Origin: Trichomonas gallinae | Taxonomy: Eukaryota | DNA: 32,178 bases | Reading direction: 5' to 3' | NCBI GenBank assembly: GCA_008369845.1 | Contig: MRSU01010857.1 | Location: forward strand, 1 to 32,178 | Part shown: positions 1 to 10,153 of the stretch, in pieces | Layout: every line of letters begins with the position of its first letter | Position numbering within the stretch: position 1 is the stretch's first letter | Translations under genes and position numbers: made by a program | The notes under the pieces: model-generated | The model's database searches: none | What the model was told of the DNA's origin: nothing | Seen by the model: only the letters and a program-made list of their open reading frames with translations

Positions 1-237
1 CCTCCGACATCAATCGGACAGAAGATCGTCTGGTTCATGACAGCAGCGTGGGAACACTACGGAGACCCAGTTCGAATTGATCCAAAGCGATTCGTTGAAG
101 CGTGTTCTGTTGGTGTCCAGTATCTTAAAGATGGTCACTGGCCTAATCCTAAAGCAAACGCATTCATCGACTACTATGAACCATACCGCAACGCTTTACC
201 ATCAAGATATCATCCTCAAGCTTTGTGTTATGAATGA
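1..237 (+). CDS. 3' end of a protein-coding gene of unknown function (5' truncated by window edge)
   Basis: Frame 1 is open from base 1 (PPTSIGQKIVWFMTAAWEHY...ALCYE*) to TGA at 235-237. Composition is coding-like, then drops abruptly to AT-rich DNA after the stop. Confidence 0.75.
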   Translation, partial: PPTSIGQKIVWFMTAAWEHYGDPVRIDPKRFVEACSVGVQYLKDGHWPNPKANAFIDYYEPYRNALPSRYHPQALCYE

Positions 238-691
238 AGGATTCCAAATTATATTGTATGGTGCTGAATCTTTATTATAGTATATATATTATGTAGTAAT
301 GAATTAACAATATTTATCTCTGACGTATCATTCTGAATTTAATAATATTACCTGCAGGTAATATTTAACAAATCATTATTTCATCCTGGTATAGACTATA
401 ATTTAAAAATAAAATATGAGCTCAGGATTAATTTCTAGAGAAGTCTGAGCCTTAAAAGTATTATGTTTAGTTAAAGTTTAATTTTTGAAAAGATACTTTG
501 GAGTTTTGATATCGAAATTATAAATCTGGTAATATAAGAAGAAGAAACATAAAGAATCATAAAAAAAAAATATAAAGAATAAATTCATATAAGCATCATT
601 AGAAAAGTCTTTTGTATAGATTATGATTGATTTGTTATTGATTTAAAAAAAAATTAGATAAATTAATATAAAACATACAAACATTTAATTT

Positions 692-2071
692 CTATTGGTT
701 AGTGAGTTGAATCGCGGTTTCTAGATCAAAGAATCGATCAATCTCGCCAATTGCATCAATTTGAAGTGTTGGATCATATATTTCTTGGTTAAGAATGTCG
801 CCAAGTATAATTTTTACATGTGGAAACAGCCAAATCGGTGGCATTTTTAGTATTTCCGTCAAATCATTTTCATTAAATTTCAATTCTTCGTCAAATAGTT
901 GGATAGTTGATGCTGTATCTATAGTATTGGCTAAAGAGCGTAATGCTGCTTTAATTAATATTAATCTTTGTGGTGTAGATATTCTCGAATAATATAATGA
1001 AGCGATTTTAAATACTATTTCTTGTGGGACTGTATACTTATGGTGGAAAACCCAATACATAACGCATTGGATTGCTGCTGAAGAACGAATTTCATCTTCA
1101 AATAAAATTAATGAATAAATGAACGATTTCGCTTCATCAGTAACTTTTTCTGGATCACAAAACGATATTGAATATATTCTTGTGAAAAGAAATGTAGATT
1201 TTTGAATTTCTTGTGTTGGAACTTTAATTGATGGATTTATCAGTCCTTTACTGAAATTTATAATATCAGGTTCTTCTAATACAAATTTCTGATCGGGTTT
1301 AGAGTCAATAAAATGAATAAAATCTAATAAATCTTTTTCTGTATCACTTTCTATTGGTGAAAAATGGTTTAATACTTTGAGGATCAAAAGATTCATCCAT
1401 CCATCAGTATAAAAGCCAAGAGCATCCTTAAAATCGAGCTGATTAATGAATGGATGATGTAAAACGATAGAAACGAACTCAGAAAATGATGTCATTGATC
1501 GTAATTCGGCATTAGAAATGATTAAATTGATTAAATCTGTAATTGGAAATCGATGTTTGTTCGGCACAATTATAGGTAAAACTAATTGAGATAAAGTTGG
1601 GGCTCCAGCCAGCATAATGAGGAGCCTTGATGCCTCTTTATTGCTGCCACGACAAACACTTTCAACTAATGGCGTTAAAATCGATATTTGTTTTTGAATA
1701 AATTCGATGATAGTCATTGGATCGAAGATAAACAGTTTCTGAGTCATAAGCATGAGCTCATGGTCACTTGTACCTAGTAATGACATGATTATCGGCAGAA
1801 AATTTTTTTGTTTTAACATTAAATACGCGTTATCTTCTTTATCTTTTAAAATCTGGCTAAGAAGCATAATAATCGTCGGATGTACATCACCTGGGAGTCC
1901 TTTTTTTGATAAAAGATTAAGAAATTTATCAAGACCTTTTTCTAATATATAAGAACCGCAGTCTTTGCTATATGACATCAGTTCCTGTATAGGCCCAGAA
2001 ACAGTGTTGTAGCTTTCTTTTTGGACCCTCTTCAGTAAATCATCCACTTTTTTAACATCACTGGCTTTCAT
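692..2071 (-). CDS. Hypothetical 459-aa protein, Leu/Ile-rich, probably alpha-helical ARM/HEAT-like
   Basis: Long ORF in AT-rich DNA with a T-rich leader before ATG. The fold is inferred from amphipathic helical patterning only. Confidence 0.8.
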   Translation of the reverse strand: MKASDVKKVDDLLKRVQKESYNTVSGPIQELMSYSKDCGSYILEKGLDKFLNLLSKKGLPGDVHPTIIMLLSQILKDKEDNAYLMLKQKNFLPIIMSLLGTSDHELMLMTQKLFIFDPMTIIEFIQKQISILTPLVESVCRGSNKEASRLLIMLAGAPTLSQLVLPIIVPNKHRFPITDLINLIISNAELRSMTSFSEFVSIVLHHPFINQLDFKDALGFYTDGWMNLLILKVLNHFSPIESDTEKDLLDFIHFIDSKPDQKFVLEEPDIINFSKGLINPSIKVPTQEIQKSTFLFTRIYSISFCDPEKVTDEAKSFIYSLILFEDEIRSSAAIQCVMYWVFHHKYTVPQEIVFKIASLYYSRISTPQRLILIKAALRSLANTIDTASTIQLFDEELKFNENDLTEILKMPPIWLFPHVKIILGDILNQEIYDPTLQIDAIGEIDRFFDLETAIQLTNQ

Positions 2072-2709
2072 AAAAAAATAAAAAGTGTAAATGTAAATAT
2101 TTAACCTTATTTACCGTATCCATACAAAATCGTTTTTCAACATGATTTTTAGGATCTACAATACCTAAATAATAGAAATATTACAAAATATATTTAAAAC
2201 ATTAAATATGTTAGAAATTTATAAGGGAATCAATCGATTTAATTATCAGAAATTTACTATAATCTTTTACAAAAGCACATATTTTGTTTCTAAAAGTTTT
2301 TAATGAGAATTTATTGAAAAGAATTTCGAATCTATTGACAAACTTGATTAAATCAAATATATGCATTATATAGTATCTATATGTATGATATCTAGACGCT
2401 AAAGATTCAAAATTTGCCCCAAATTATTTGCTTTATGCAACGTAATATAATGTTGTAAACTCAGAGATTCTAGTACATGTATATAAAGGAGTATATTTAG
2501 AATGATTTTTTCATAAGAAGATTTTTTATTATAGAATTTATTCTAGCTATAATTTTGATTTTTAGTCTAAGCTCACAGGTGTTGTGTATATTACTGTATT
2601 AGATTGTAAATAAAGTAGTGGATCAATATAAAGTATTTAATCAACAAAAAAAAACATAATAAATAACATTTCAAAATAATATCAAGATTGAAATAAGATA
2701 AATTTGTTT

Positions 2710-3261
2710 TCATTCGCGCTCTAATATTTCCAATAATCTGTCCATATCATTCCAGTTGTAGATTCTGCCGTATCCTTCATCATCTCGGTTGTATTTTACA
2801 TCGAAAATTATAAGTTTCCACAATGGTTTGCAGCATCCTTTTGTCTTGAATGGTGAATCATCGATAAGGAAATCGCCGCGTACCATTGTTTTATCTTTGG
2901 TAAAAATTACTTTATCCATCCAATTATGTCCAAACCATTTACCAATCCATTGTACTCTGTCTCTTAATGCGTTTGAATCATCTGTAACAAGTGCTGTGCA
3001 AAAGAAAATATTATATCCTTTATCAGCTAAAAGATTTACCGCATCTACAGCACCAGGAAGTGGTACCATTCCTTCAGTAAATCCTGGGGCTTGAAGAATT
3101 TCGAGTCCTTTCTTTTTATCCATTTTCATCAAATCAAAATGAACAGGATCTTCAGGAAGTTTGTCCGCAAAATCGGGGAATTTCTGTATAAACATCTTAA
3201 TGAAATATTCCTGAAAGTTGTTTAGCGTTGAATCAATGTCAATTAATATGATTTTTTCCAT
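2710..3261 (-). CDS. NT5C: 5'(3')-deoxyribonucleotidase, NT5C family (HAD superfamily)
   Basis: HAD motif I ILIDIDSTL, then PLPGAVDAV, FFCTA, and TKDKTMVRGDFLIDDSP, typical of NT5C/NT5M. Confidence 0.9.
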   Translation of the reverse strand: MEKIILIDIDSTLNNFQEYFIKMFIQKFPDFADKLPEDPVHFDLMKMDKKKGLEILQAPGFTEGMVPLPGAVDAVNLLADKGYNIFFCTALVTDDSNALRDRVQWIGKWFGHNWMDKVIFTKDKTMVRGDFLIDDSPFKTKGCCKPLWKLIIFDVKYNRDDEGYGRIYNWNDMDRLLEILERE

Positions 3262-3379
3262 TTTGATATATTTTCATTTCACTTTTCGCATTTTTCCTTT
3301 ACATTTTCTCAAAATATTGTTGTTTTTGGACTAATATTTAGCTAAAGATGTAATTTTTTAATTTCTCCGCAATTTTTCA

Positions 3380-3487
3380 TATTTTCATAACTAAATTGAT
3401 TTTATTATTAATTTGGATTATTATTCTAATATATAAATGATTTATCATGAAATTAGGTCAAAATGTATTTTCATAACTAAATTGATT
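3380..3487. repeat. Exact 22-bp direct repeat TATTTTCATAACTAAATTGATT (3380-3401 and 3466-3487)
   Basis: Read directly from the sequence. Confidence 0.85.
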
Positions 3488-4440
3488 AATGTACACTGTC
3501 TATATGGTGCTTGTTGAGGATATCAATGACTGCATCGTGCTGGACTTCATCGAATCCTATTGAGCTCGTGATGAATTTACTGTTTTCAATCTGTGAAAAG
3601 CCTGTTCAGCAATAACATCTGCAACAGCGTTAAGAGCAGCCCGGACAACAGAATCGGTTCCCTTCTTGTCGGACTTCCCCTTAGCCTTCTAGTGGATCTC
3701 GGAGTTGTCAAGAACATCGCATACTGATTCAGCGATCTGGATGTCTGGTGAGTTTGCTTTTTTTTTTTTTTTTTTTATTCATCTGCTTCGAAATTATTTT
3801 GTTTCTTGTTTGCGATTTCATCCTTTAAGTTCGTCGATCTTCTTCTGCAACTCTTCGGACTTGTTTGGGATTGTGTTTAGTTCCATCTCTGTTGCCTGGA
3901 GTTCTTTTTTGAAGAGTTCCTAGAATCAATGTACTCCCTGAAGGTTTATCTTTGAGCTGATCTGTCGACAGTCTGTGCGGCTTCCATCTGAAAATCCTTG
4001 AGCTGGTCTATGAGTTGCTCACTGTTATCCGTGATCTCCTTGTTATGCTGCTGTCTTTCTGCGATGTTTTAACGGTGCTCTTTGTCAGCAGAAGCTTCTG
4101 GTCTTCGATTTCGACATTGAGCTCAGCATGTAACTGAGCTTTTTCGGCAGCACGCTTGCTGTTCTCATATGTTTTCTCTTCATCAGCGTTATACGACTCA
4201 TCTGGAAGTGATTCGAGTTCTTTTTTTGTCTTCTCCAACTTTTCTGTGAGAGTGCTTAAGCAGACCAATGACAAGAAGCAGAACTACTTGTTGGAGGATT
4301 GCTTGTTAGCTAATGCACTCTCTTCTACTGCATCAAGCACTTCTTCAAGACGAGAAAGTTCGGCGCAGAGTTTTTCGTTGTGCTGAGCTTTAGCGGCTTC
4401 AGCATCGGACAACTTCTGTTAGGCAACGGAGATCTTAGAT
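3486..4440 (-). pseudogene. Decayed coiled-coil protein gene (trichomonad long coiled-coil / 'viral A-type inclusion-like' type)
   Basis: GC-richer block translating to heptad fragments (QKLSDAEAAKAQHNEKLCAELSRLEEVLDAVE; LTEKLEKTKKELESLPD; KKELQATEMELNTIPNKSEELQKKIDELK). Broken by in-frame TAA/TAG and frameshifts; no start codon. Confidence 0.75.
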
Positions 4441-4796
4441 GAAAGCAAATTAATTAAATTAAAACGCAAGCATTTCAGCATTAAAAACATTAGAGATATG
4501 TGTGCTGTTTTAGCTGTCAAATAGGGAAATTCCTTAATAATATTCTAACATATCGTCATTATAATAATTGATTATCATCATGTTCATATTTTGGAGTCAA
4601 CAAACAAAAATTTATACTTTTTATAAATGTTGCTAGAATTTTGAGAGAACTCATATGGTTGGCGTTCTAGCACACCCATTAGTGATTCCATTAAAAATAT
4701 TTTTTGCAATAAGCTATTGAATAATTTATTTTTTTTTTTTTCAAAGTAATGCAAAAACAAATATTTATAATATACAAACAAATAATATGAGGAATA

Positions 4797-6443
4797 TTAT
4801 ATGGTTTCATCATGATGGATGAAATATAATGAAATTATTAGAATTGATGATAAAATATACATAATTATACTCATTAAGTATACAATTCTGTCCGGATTAA
4901 TGACTGTTTCTATCTTGAAGCTAAATTCAACATCATTTTCTTCGTTCATGTTAAATCTGCATCTGTGAAACGTCTGAGGCATGTTTAGATGCCCATTCAC
5001 TTCAGAAAACCTGTCCTTAGAGAATTTGCAAGATTCAAACCTAGATGCTGGAATTTTGTTACTAAATAAAACAGATCCAACAACAAAACCTTCATTTTCG
5101 TAAAAAGATAGATTTTTGAAGACGTAGCTCATTGTTTCGTTTGTTTCCATCGATATATCGAACGCTCCTGATGAGATTCCGATGTTTTCTTTGAATGATG
5201 AAGAGTTCGCGTTCAAACTTGAATCGATTATTTTAAATACTGAGCCTTCTTCTGTTGCCCAGTTAGAATTGAACTGTGAGTTATCTATTGTAAAGTTAGA
5301 AGCCTGTATTGATATGAATGGATGCCCAATAACAGTATTTGACGAAACTGAAGAATTTATAATTTGAGATTCACTGTTATAAAGGGCAAAAGCTGTATAA
5401 ACGCATGAATTATTACTAAATATTGTTGAATTCAATATTAGAGAAGTTTCATTTGTTAACTGTGATGAAATTATTGAATCAACAATGTTATTTTCAACGA
5501 TAGTTTCGCTTAGAAACTGTATAACTGATCTAGGAGCGAATATTAATGACATTCCTGATGCGTAATTCTCGCTAACTCGAGAATATGAAATATTAATCGA
5601 AGACATTGTCATAGAATGAGCTAAAGCTCCAATATTATACATTATTGAAGAGTTATCGATGGTTATATTAGCCAATGAATCACCAACAATTAATGCTGAT
5701 GATCCACAGTAATTATTTGAAATTGTCGACTGAATAATGTAAACAATTATGAAAAACCATGAACCAAACAGCGGTGAATTCGGTGATATGTTGTTTTTTA
5801 TCGTTGAATTCGTTATTTCACTTGCTGCATTCGTGAATTCAATCAGTGGAATTGGACCACGTGATATTTGCGTGTTTTCTTCAACAGTCATGTTATTTAG
5901 TCCAAGAATAGCAGTAGATAAACCTATCAGCGAAGTCGCTTCGACGATATTTCTCGAAATTGTTCCATTCGCCATAATTGCTGTAACATTGTTGAAAATT
6001 AGCATGGGGAAGTCGAAGTGGACCTGATTATCTGAGAAAAAGCAATCAACAATGAAAAACATTTCCATTCCTTGTACAGACATGATTGGATGGTTAAAAT
6101 TAACGAATTTGAACCCATAAAGTAGTGATTCGTTAAATGGCGAAATCTCAATGAAAAAATCGCGAATCGTTGGAATATAATTCGAGCCATCAATAATTGT
6201 GCCGCAACCAGCAATTCCGCCGCCAGTATTCAGCACATATGTAGTCATGTTTCGAAATTTTTCCAGTTTTTCGGTCGTATTTAATTCTTTATCTGTTATT
6301 TGAATTATATCTTCCTTTTTGAAATGAGAAACGGCAACATCCCAACTACATGGCCACATAGAATGGCATATAGTCCTGTTATCTCCATTCCATTTCACAA
6401 AATATTCTGTCGAAAGTGATAATGGAATAAGAAGACATAACAT
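4797..6443 (-). CDS. Pmp-like (polymorphic membrane protein / pectin-lyase-type beta-helix) surface protein
   Basis: N-terminal signal (MLCLLIPLSLS), Asn/Ser-rich repeats with FxxN motifs (FSDN, FSNN, FNSN, FKEN, FYEN), one C-terminal TM helix and a short tail. Confidence 0.75.
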   Translation of the reverse strand: MLCLLIPLSLSTEYFVKWNGDNRTICHSMWPCSWDVAVSHFKKEDIIQITDKELNTTEKLEKFRNMTTYVLNTGGGIAGCGTIIDGSNYIPTIRDFFIEISPFNESLLYGFKFVNFNHPIMSVQGMEMFFIVDCFFSDNQVHFDFPMLIFNNVTAIMANGTISRNIVEATSLIGLSTAILGLNNMTVEENTQISRGPIPLIEFTNAASEITNSTIKNNISPNSPLFGSWFFIIVYIIQSTISNNYCGSSALIVGDSLANITIDNSSIMYNIGALAHSMTMSSINISYSRVSENYASGMSLIFAPRSVIQFLSETIVENNIVDSIISSQLTNETSLILNSTIFSNNSCVYTAFALYNSESQIINSSVSSNTVIGHPFISIQASNFTIDNSQFNSNWATEEGSVFKIIDSSLNANSSSFKENIGISSGAFDISMETNETMSYVFKNLSFYENEGFVVGSVLFSNKIPASRFESCKFSKDRFSEVNGHLNMPQTFHRCRFNMNEENDVEFSFKIETVINPDRIVYLMSIIMYILSSILIISLYFIHHDETI

Positions 6444-6453
6444 CTATAATAAA

Positions 6454-6459
6454 TAATGA
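6454..6459 (-). promoter_or_regulatory. Initiator (Inr) element TCATTA of the Pmp-like gene
   Basis: Matches trichomonad Inr TCA(T/C)(T/A), 10 nt upstream of ATG. Confidence 0.6.
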
Positions 6460-6634
6460 AATAACTTTACAATTTAATGAGATCTAACATTAAAGAATTG
6501 TTTAAATCACAATAATCATCTAAAAATATAATTTAAATGGTATTTTTCTAATTTTGGATAAATTTCAGCTGAAAAGGAAGAAGTATAAACAAATAAACAG
6601 AAATATACAAATAAGGCCATGCCGTTTGTTTCTC

Positions 6635-7055
6635 TTAAGATAAGATCCCACAGTGCAGATGGTCACTACCTGAAGCACATATCAAAGCTGTCATTTTATC
6701 GTATTTGGTTTTTGCATTGACATCTATTCTTGGAACTGTTAATAGGAGTTTGACAACTACATGATGATCTTCTTGTGGAGCATAAATCAAAGCTGATTTG
6801 TTGCACAACATCTATTCTAAGAAATGTGAGAAACAGTTGAACAACTTCATGATGTCCATTTTTTGAAGCAAAAATAAAAGCCTTGATATTGTCATAGTTT
6901 TTCTATTGGCATTTCTTTGAACTGAGAGAAAGAATTTGACAACTTGATAAAGACTCTCTTTTGAAGCTTCAATCAAAGATGTTTTGTGGTATTTGTCTTT
7001 CGCGTTTGACAATTTCTTGATAGTCATTTAATGATGCATAAATCAAAGCTGTTGT
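6635..7055 (-). pseudogene. Ankyrin-repeat protein pseudogene (about 5 repeats)
   Basis: Fragments in shifting frames: TALIYASLND; NAKDKYHKTSLIEASKESLYQVVKFFLSV; AFIFASKNGHHEVVQLFLT; SALIYAPQEDHHVVVKLLLTVPRIDVNAKTKYDKMTALICAS. Confidence 0.85.
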
Positions 7056-7371
7056 GAATGCGATAATAGTCCAAATAGAAAGTTATTTAAATATTTATTT
7101 CTGGAAGCTACAATTTAAAAAATCAAAAGTGAAATGACATAAAATGTCATAATAAATGACAAAAAGAAACTCAATACAGAAATAATAAAATACTATAGAG
7201 ATATGGCAGCAATATTTGCATGAATGTAACAATCTAACATTAAAAATATATATTATATTGGCCATTAAAGACGCTAATATTATCAATATATATAGTTAGA
7301 AACCAAAATTATGTTGAACTAAGTATTCATCATATAATTTATATAATTTACAAACAAATAAATATAAATCG

Positions 7372-10137
7372 TTATGGATTTTCTGCGATTTTCTCTGGAG
7401 GTTGGTTCTGGATTTTAATTGCAATTTGTGTCACTCTAGTAAAGTAATTCTGCAGCCTTGGAATTGTCTTTGCGATTTGCTCAAAAAGAGGAACGACAAC
7501 AGCATTAAAGAATGAAGGAAGAGTTGCTTTTCTGTCGATGTATTCTCTATTCTTTGAGAAAATAGTGTAAGCAACCTTTGGAATCTTTGAGATATCTCCT
7601 GACATGTAGTAACTGTCTGCGAACGTGTACATCTCCTTCTCAAACTCTGGATATGGAGCACAGCATATAGAGTAGTCCGAAGCCTTCATTATTAGAGTAA
7701 GCATTCCATCATATGTATCTGGGATCTGCGACAAAACATTGAAATGTCTTTGATGTGCAACATCAATTATTAGCTTGACTATTGTTGCCTCGCAAACTTC
7801 TCTCATAGAGTCATTGAATAATGAGCAGCCACGGCTCAATGATAAGAATGTGTCAGCTGAAAGTGTTTCATAAACAGGAAGTTTTGATAAAAGTTCACCA
7901 GCAGATAAAGAAGCTTTTGCTGGGAATTTGTCTGTGACTCTTTCACTGTCGATGTTCCTGCAAAGAACAGCAACCAATAAACAGCAGATCTGTTGACGGT
8001 TGAGATCTAGGCCTGATTCTAGAATCATGTGAGCCGCGAATAAAAGATTTTTCACTGTGTGTTTGAAATCTTTGTCTTCATGATAGGAATTTCGAAGCGA
8101 AACTCTATAGAAGAACTTCATCAATGTTCCAGCATTTATCTGTAATTCGTGCATGATCCTAAAGTTCGCAAAAATGCTGAAGCAAACTTTAATCAATCCA
8201 ATGTTGTCCAAATTTTCGCAAGAAAAGAAGTCAATGAAAACATTTTCGATTCTTAATTTTTCGGGAACGGCGAAATCCAAGCTTTCTTTCTGAGATATAT
8301 AGTTCGATATCAGATAACCTTCATCGCCCATCATGACAATCTCATCGTTGCACTTTTTATTTATCAACCTGCAGACATATTCGCAGCAGTATTGCACTGC
8401 TTTAATATATAAATTATCGCTCGGAACTTCAAGTTCGATTTCGAAGACTCCTTTTGTTCCAAGAAGGCAGTTAATGATAATATCATCAGTAGTAACTTCT
8501 GCTTTGATCTCTTCTTCGTCACTCCAAGCTGTTAATTTTTGTTTTTCACTTTTTCGCGTTGTCAAAACGGTTGTATCTGACATTTCCAGGCACTTTTTTG
8601 CATTTTCGTCTGATTCCGTTTTACCTATTTGCAGTGCCAAGATTAAATCAGGCGTGAAATTGCTTCTGACGAATACAGCTGACCTTTTGCCTTTAAAGTA
8701 CTTCATGAGGAATGTCACGAAATCGAGAACATCTTTTGGTTTCTCTTTTAATATTTTTGCAGCGAAATTCGGAAATATTTCGATGATCTCTTGTATTCGC
8801 ATCTTATAGGTCGTGAAAACTGACCATGCGTTTAGCACTCTTCTGTCATCGTCGTTGAATTTTTCGCCATTTTGACGTTTTGAGACCGAAATTTCTGAAA
8901 TTTTCTCTAATTTTGAGTCGAAAAGAGGTGCTGTGAGTTCTGATTCATTTCCTTCTGCTCTGCATAACTTTCTTGCTAGTTCTTCAGACATTTCTTTTAC
9001 AAATTTAGAGTCCATTAATAATTTCGCTGTTCTCATCATTTCTCTCATTCTATATGGTGGATCTTCTGGATTTTCACGTGATGTGACCAAAGATTCTGAC
9101 ATCATATATGATTGAGCAATGAATGGAGCAACAATTGTTAATTTGAACAAATCAACTTCATTGAAAGGGTTCCCTTGTCTCCTCAACGCAATATATAAGT
9201 ATGTGCCATTTAATAACTTATGAGGAACGCAAATTACAGTAGAATCTGGTGTTAAATCTCCATTGAAGCAGAAACATTGGTGATAGCGAGTTGTTTTAAC
9301 AAGCAGTGGATCATTTGTGCGGAATGCTTCTGTGATACTGCCAATATTATGCGGTTCTATTAAAGTAAATCTCTGATTTAGATATTTAAATGATTTTTCT
9401 CCTTTTCTCAGCCAAAACTCGCAGATGTCGGCGTTAAATCTGTCACACAGCATTGATGTGTACAACGGGATGATGATGGATGCAGTAGAATTCGAACAGA
9501 AAGGGAAAATAAAGTCAATCATTTTCGATGCTTGAACAAAAGTTGATCCATAAATCATAAACTTTTCCATCAAAAAGTTTGCTGTCTTAATATCAATATC
9601 TTCAAAAGATGGCTGCGAAATATGCCGAATTACTTCAAATACGCAAGTGATTGAGCCATCTCGTAAATATAGCGGGAAAATAAGTTGTGGGGACTTAGGT
9701 TCTTCTTGTAATATAGGTATTGGCGCTGTTGGTTCAAGTGAACAAACGATCATTGCAGTTTTGGATTTGCAAACTGCAGATAATAAAGAATTTTGATCGG
9801 ATACTTCAACATTATAGACTTTTGAATTGAATTTTGTGTAATCTTCGTTGACATTCCAAACGATTGCGTTATTTGATGAAAATAATTCTGTTAATATTGG
9901 AGGAAAACATAATTCGATTGGTTGTGTTGCGCTAGATTCCATCATTTGTTCGAAATATGTCTCGCATCTGATCCTAGACTCTTCATTTAAAGAATATTTA
10001 TCCAATTTTTCAGAATTTTCAAGATTTTGTGCTGTGTTTTGGTCTTGTACTTCGTTTAATGGAGGTATTACACTGCTGTATCGTTCAGTAAACTGTTTGA
10101 TTGGTCTTCCTGGTCTAGGATGGAATCGATTAGTCAT
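7372..10137 (-). CDS. GAF-domain + class I cyclic-nucleotide phosphodiesterase-like protein, catalytic residues degenerate
   Basis: ATG at 10137 (ORF-track start is TTG). GAF-like segments: LIFPLYLRDGSITCVFEV..SFEDID; VICVP..PFNEVD; KRQNGEKFNDDD. C-terminal PDE fold motifs: SYH..KH, LLVAVLC, RHF, IMKASDYS, SGD, FFNAVVVPLF. Confidence 0.8.
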   Translation of the reverse strand: MTNRFHPRPGRPIKQFTERYSSVIPPLNEVQDQNTAQNLENSEKLDKYSLNEESRIRCETYFEQMMESSATQPIELCFPPILTELFSSNNAIVWNVNEDYTKFNSKVYNVEVSDQNSLLSAVCKSKTAMIVCSLEPTAPIPILQEEPKSPQLIFPLYLRDGSITCVFEVIRHISQPSFEDIDIKTANFLMEKFMIYGSTFVQASKMIDFIFPFCSNSTASIIIPLYTSMLCDRFNADICEFWLRKGEKSFKYLNQRFTLIEPHNIGSITEAFRTNDPLLVKTTRYHQCFCFNGDLTPDSTVICVPHKLLNGTYLYIALRRQGNPFNEVDLFKLTIVAPFIAQSYMMSESLVTSRENPEDPPYRMREMMRTAKLLMDSKFVKEMSEELARKLCRAEGNESELTAPLFDSKLEKISEISVSKRQNGEKFNDDDRRVLNAWSVFTTYKMRIQEIIEIFPNFAAKILKEKPKDVLDFVTFLMKYFKGKRSAVFVRSNFTPDLILALQIGKTESDENAKKCLEMSDTTVLTTRKSEKQKLTAWSDEEEIKAEVTTDDIIINCLLGTKGVFEIELEVPSDNLYIKAVQYCCEYVCRLINKKCNDEIVMMGDEGYLISNYISQKESLDFAVPEKLRIENVFIDFFSCENLDNIGLIKVCFSIFANFRIMHELQINAGTLMKFFYRVSLRNSYHEDKDFKHTVKNLLFAAHMILESGLDLNRQQICCLLVAVLCRNIDSERVTDKFPAKASLSAGELLSKLPVYETLSADTFLSLSRGCSLFNDSMREVCEATIVKLIIDVAHQRHFNVLSQIPDTYDGMLTLIMKASDYSICCAPYPEFEKEMYTFADSYYMSGDISKIPKVAYTIFSKNREYIDRKATLPSFFNAVVVPLFEQIAKTIPRLQNYFTRVTQIAIKIQNQPPEKIAENP

Positions 10138-10147
10138 CAATATTCAC

Positions 10148-10153
10148 TAATGA
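10148..10153 (-). promoter_or_regulatory. Inr element TCATTA of the GAF-PDE-like gene
   Basis: Inr consensus 10 nt upstream of ATG 10137. Confidence 0.6.

Noticed and set aside
77..280. 67-aa alternative-frame ORF, and the other short ORFs nested in or antisense to long genes (e.g. 795-992, 2789-3094, 8333-8809, 17802-18059, 23138-23644, 29221-29475)
   Set aside because: Shadow ORFs of real genes with no motifs; many have non-ATG starts.
3486..4440. In-frame TAA/TAG at plausible Gln/Glu positions, suggesting a TAR=Gln genetic code
   Set aside because: Intact genes in the window end in TAA and TAG, and the relic also has frameshifts, so ordinary decay explains it.
4584..4781. 65-aa ORF downstream of the Pmp-like gene
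   Set aside because: Non-ATG start, runs through a homopolymer and has no recognisable motif.
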